DNA of 60,134 nucleotides from a virus (Duplodnaviria; Caudoviricetes): IMG/VR virus record IMGVR_UViG_3300028025_004184, positions 1 to 60,134 of that record; one strand, 5' to 3'. Shown piece by piece: positions 57,882 to 60,134 of this stretch (position 1 is its first letter; each line of letters starts with the position of its first letter). The notes under the pieces were generated by a model. It saw only the letters and a program-made list of their open reading frames with translations, ran no database searches and was not told where the DNA came from. The position numbers and the translations under genes were made by a program.

Positions 57882-58147
57882 AGTAACTCCTTTTCTAAGG
57901 AAGAAAGTTTTCTTACAAATCTATCTTGTTCGCAAGAAGCAATATGGACTTCAATATCATCTCCATCCCATACAGTACTCATCCATCGTATAAATATCAC
58001 ACTATTTCTCATTCTTTTAGAAATAACAACGTAGGACTCTCCAAGCATTGGATCATACCAAACCTCTCCAAATTTAGGAGATACGTCATTACTCTTTTTT
58101 CCATCTTTCATAATCTTCTTTCTTAACTCCACACTTAGCACAATCAT
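57878..58147 (-). CDS. small protein, C-terminus SSLEKELL
   Basis: ORF; true start probably further downstream. Confidence 0.65.
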   Translation of the reverse strand: MIVLSVELRKKIMKDGKKSNDVSPKFGEVWYDPMLGESYVVISKRMRNSVIFIRWMSTVWDGDDIEVHIASCEQDRFVRKLSSLEKELL

Positions 58148-58292
58148 ACACTGAACTTGTTATAAGCACAATCTTTTTCCAGTCATGGCTGCATATTTTT
58201 TGATTCCAAGGTAGGTCTACTGTTTCCTTGCAATTTCTAGGAACAGGAGGAGGTAAGCAATCTTCGCCTTCATCGTCAGGAATCCAGAACAT
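58089..58292 (-). CDS. small Cys/His protein
   Basis: CSHDW...CAKCG. Confidence 0.65.
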   Translation of the reverse strand: MFWIPDDEGEDCLPPPVPRNCKETVDLPWNQKICSHDWKKIVLITSSVYDCAKCGVKKEDYERWKKE

Positions 58293-58735
58293 TAAAACTC
58301 CAGAGATAAGCCTAAGCCAACTCTTTTAGAGGTATCAACTATTCCAACGGCTGATACGTTACCTATTAGTGGGATAGAAGCTATAACTCCTATATCTGCA
58401 CTTCTTTGTATATTATGAGCGTCTTTTATAGCCAAAACTCCAAGTGATATTGTAGACCCCTTGGATATTATCTTAGAAGTGCTACTACTAATAGAGGATG
58501 ATGTGTTAGATGAGGTATCTGATGTTTCTTCAGTAGTAGTGTCTGTTGTAGAAGTACCATCTGGCTTAATGACTGTAGTGGTACGAGTTTTTTTCTTTTC
58601 TTTCTTAGAAGAGGATGCTTGTTTAACTTCCACATACTTAGTAACTGTAACTATTTCTTGTTTAGGAGATAGCACATATCTTCCAATCAGTATGCAAACT
58701 GTAGCAATTATAAAATGAACTTTATACTTCATCAT
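58292..58735 (-). CDS. membrane protein, possible spanin-like
   Basis: N-terminal TM, Ser/Thr linker, C-terminal beta strands ending GLGLSLEF. Confidence 0.5.
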   Translation of the reverse strand: MMKYKVHFIIATVCILIGRYVLSPKQEIVTVTKYVEVKQASSSKKEKKKTRTTTVIKPDGTSTTDTTTEETSDTSSNTSSSISSSTSKIISKGSTISLGVLAIKDAHNIQRSADIGVIASIPLIGNVSAVGIVDTSKRVGLGLSLEF

Positions 58736-58877
58736 TTTTTAATCCTCAAGCTCTTGATAAAATAAACTGCCGATATAATACCAAACAATAATCCTATTAT
58801 GTTGAATCTAGAATCTACTAAAAGTATGTTAACAAGTAAGCATGCATACCCACAAGTCAAGTATGTTAATTTCTTTT

Positions 58878-59045
58878 TCATCCTAACTCTTTTCCTAAAC
58901 TAGATCTTCTACATAGTTCCTCAGCCAGTTCTTCATCGGTGAAATCTTCAAGAACAGAAAAATCTTTTATTTGAGCAAAGTCGCACAGAAATTCTTTGAG
59001 CATTTCATTATGATCTTCAATAATTTTTTGAATTTTATTATCCAT
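58878..59045 (-). CDS. 55-aa protein, C-terminus SSLGKELG
   Basis: MDNKIQKIIEDHNEMLKEFLCDFAQIKDFSVLEDFTDEELAEELCRRSSLGKELG; below the ORF track cutoff. Confidence 0.7.
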   Translation of the reverse strand: MDNKIQKIIEDHNEMLKEFLCDFAQIKDFSVLEDFTDEELAEELCRRSSLGKELG

Positions 59046-59201
59046 TGCCTACCAACCTATCTATTACAATACAAGCAGATAGAACAACTGCCACAGTCAT
59101 AGCCATTCCTAAAAAAATACTAAGCTTATTTTTAGCAACATACACTCCAATAAACTTACCTATGTAATACCCTATAATTAATTTTAAAAGTGCGATAGCC
59201 A

Positions 59202-59528
59202 TTAAATACGTCCTTGTAGTTTAAATTTTAATTTATCTAGAATAGACATTTTGGAAACACTTTCCACCTCATAAACACCTTCTGAGTAATACTTCATTCC
59301 ATCAAGTCTATAATCCCATCTAATGTATAGGTCTCCATCAGAGTTCATTTTCTTAACAGTACCAACTCCATGAATTGACATAAGCTCACAAATCAACTCC
59401 TCAACATTATCGGACCTAATTTCTTTCCTCAGTGGAGTAGTATGGCAATCTATCATTTTATTTATATTTGCATAGAATTGTAATCCATGCTTAGATATCT
59501 TTACTTTATCCCCAATATTAATATTCAT
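59202..59528 (-). CDS. hypothetical protein
   Basis: AAGGAG RBS; INIGDKVKI. Confidence 0.7.
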   Translation of the reverse strand: MNINIGDKVKISKHGLQFYANINKMIDCHTTPLRKEIRSDNVEELICELMSIHGVGTVKKMNSDGDLYIRWDYRLDGMKYYSEGVYEVESVSKMSILDKLKFKLQGRI

Positions 59529-59719
59529 TTTCTCTCCTTAATACATTTAGCTAATGTTTTATAACTAGCATTAACCGGATCTATGCACTTTACATAATAT
59601 TGTTGGCATGATAATTGTAATTTAGATGTCATTTGTATGTTAGAACTTGAATCTGCACCTGCACCATTTAGCTGGCATAGTAAAGCTATTGTCTGTATAA
59701 TTTCCATATCAATGTCCAT
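59525..59719 (-). CDS. small Cys-containing protein
   Basis: ORF in operon. Confidence 0.6.
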   Translation of the reverse strand: MDIDMEIIQTIALLCQLNGAGADSSSNIQMTSKLQLSCQQYYVKCIDPVNASYKTLAKCIKERK

Positions 59720-60134
59720 CTCGTAGGTTATATGCTATCTCAGGCTTTGCTATTAAAGGCATAGCCAATAAGTTAGTATTCTCCATACAATCTTGCACTA
59801 TTTCTTTAACTTTGTCAATACAGTCCTTATTGCAAGAAATTACCAACTGATCGTGAATCTGAAGACTAACCCAAGCATCTAGTCCTAATCTCAGAAATTC
59901 TCGTGACATAGCTATTGCTGCTCTATTCACAAGACTTGCAGCGGCTGATTGAATTGGAAAGTTTAGCGCATTGTTAAGCAAATTATTATACTCTTTTCTA
60001 ATAGTCTTAAGATCTTCCATAGGAACTTTATGCTTATGTGATAACTTAGGTAAAGCCTTGAAGTCTAAAATAGCATCTCCAAACTTTCTGTAAATCTCTC
60101 TAGCTCTTGGTAAATGCCTTACTCTACCGAACTT
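59709..60134 (-). CDS. polA: DNA polymerase family A, C-terminal part (truncated by the window edge)
   Basis: Frame open to the window end: FGRVRHLP...ALNFPIQSAAA...LQIHDQL (motif C). Confidence 0.92.
   Translation of the reverse strand, partial: KFGRVRHLPRAREIYRKFGDAILDFKALPKLSHKHKVPMEDLKTIRKEYNNLLNNALNFPIQSAAASLVNRAAIAMSREFLRLGLDAWVSLQIHDQLVISCNKDCIDKVKEIVQDCMENTNLLAMPLIAKPEIAYNLRDGH

Noticed and set aside
6643-58718. Many short ORFs antisense or out of frame within long genes (e.g. 19499-20113, 31195-31599, 41072-41509)
   Set aside because: Shadow ORFs of well-supported genes
1-60134. tRNA, rRNA, integrase or repressor genes
   Set aside because: None recognised by eye; lifestyle cannot be determined from this window

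Overview
AT-rich segment of a tailed dsDNA phage, probably podovirus-like (P22/T7-type tail tubular and internal virion proteins; no tape-measure or sheath gene recognised). Layout: (1) 1-2450, a gene-poor control region with sigma70-type promoters, about 10 sigma54-consensus sites (three identical head-to-head pairs), IHF-like sites, a G13 tract and a structured ncRNA candidate; (2) 2496-4813, small minus-strand genes; (3) 5213-48334, a plus-strand morphogenesis block (putative packaged-effector cassette, terminase, portal, scaffold, capsid, fibres, tail tubular A/B, ejection proteins, holin-like genes) punctuated by a CACCCTTA(TA) late-promoter-like motif; (4) 48321-60134, minus-strand genes (GIY-YIG endonuclease, reduced ClpX, signal-peptide ClpP-like protein, NTP pyrophosphohydrolase, HNH, DEDD exonuclease, M15 peptidase, C-terminus of a family A DNA polymerase). 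Best novelty candidates: two diverged copies of one structured ncRNA architecture (270-643 + and ~40699-40960 -), the palindromic sigma54-site array, a cassette of enzyme domains sharing a C-terminal tag with an internal virion protein, and 12 small proteins ending in L-x-x-E-L-x. All calls come from reading the sequence by eye; no searches or folding programs were run.
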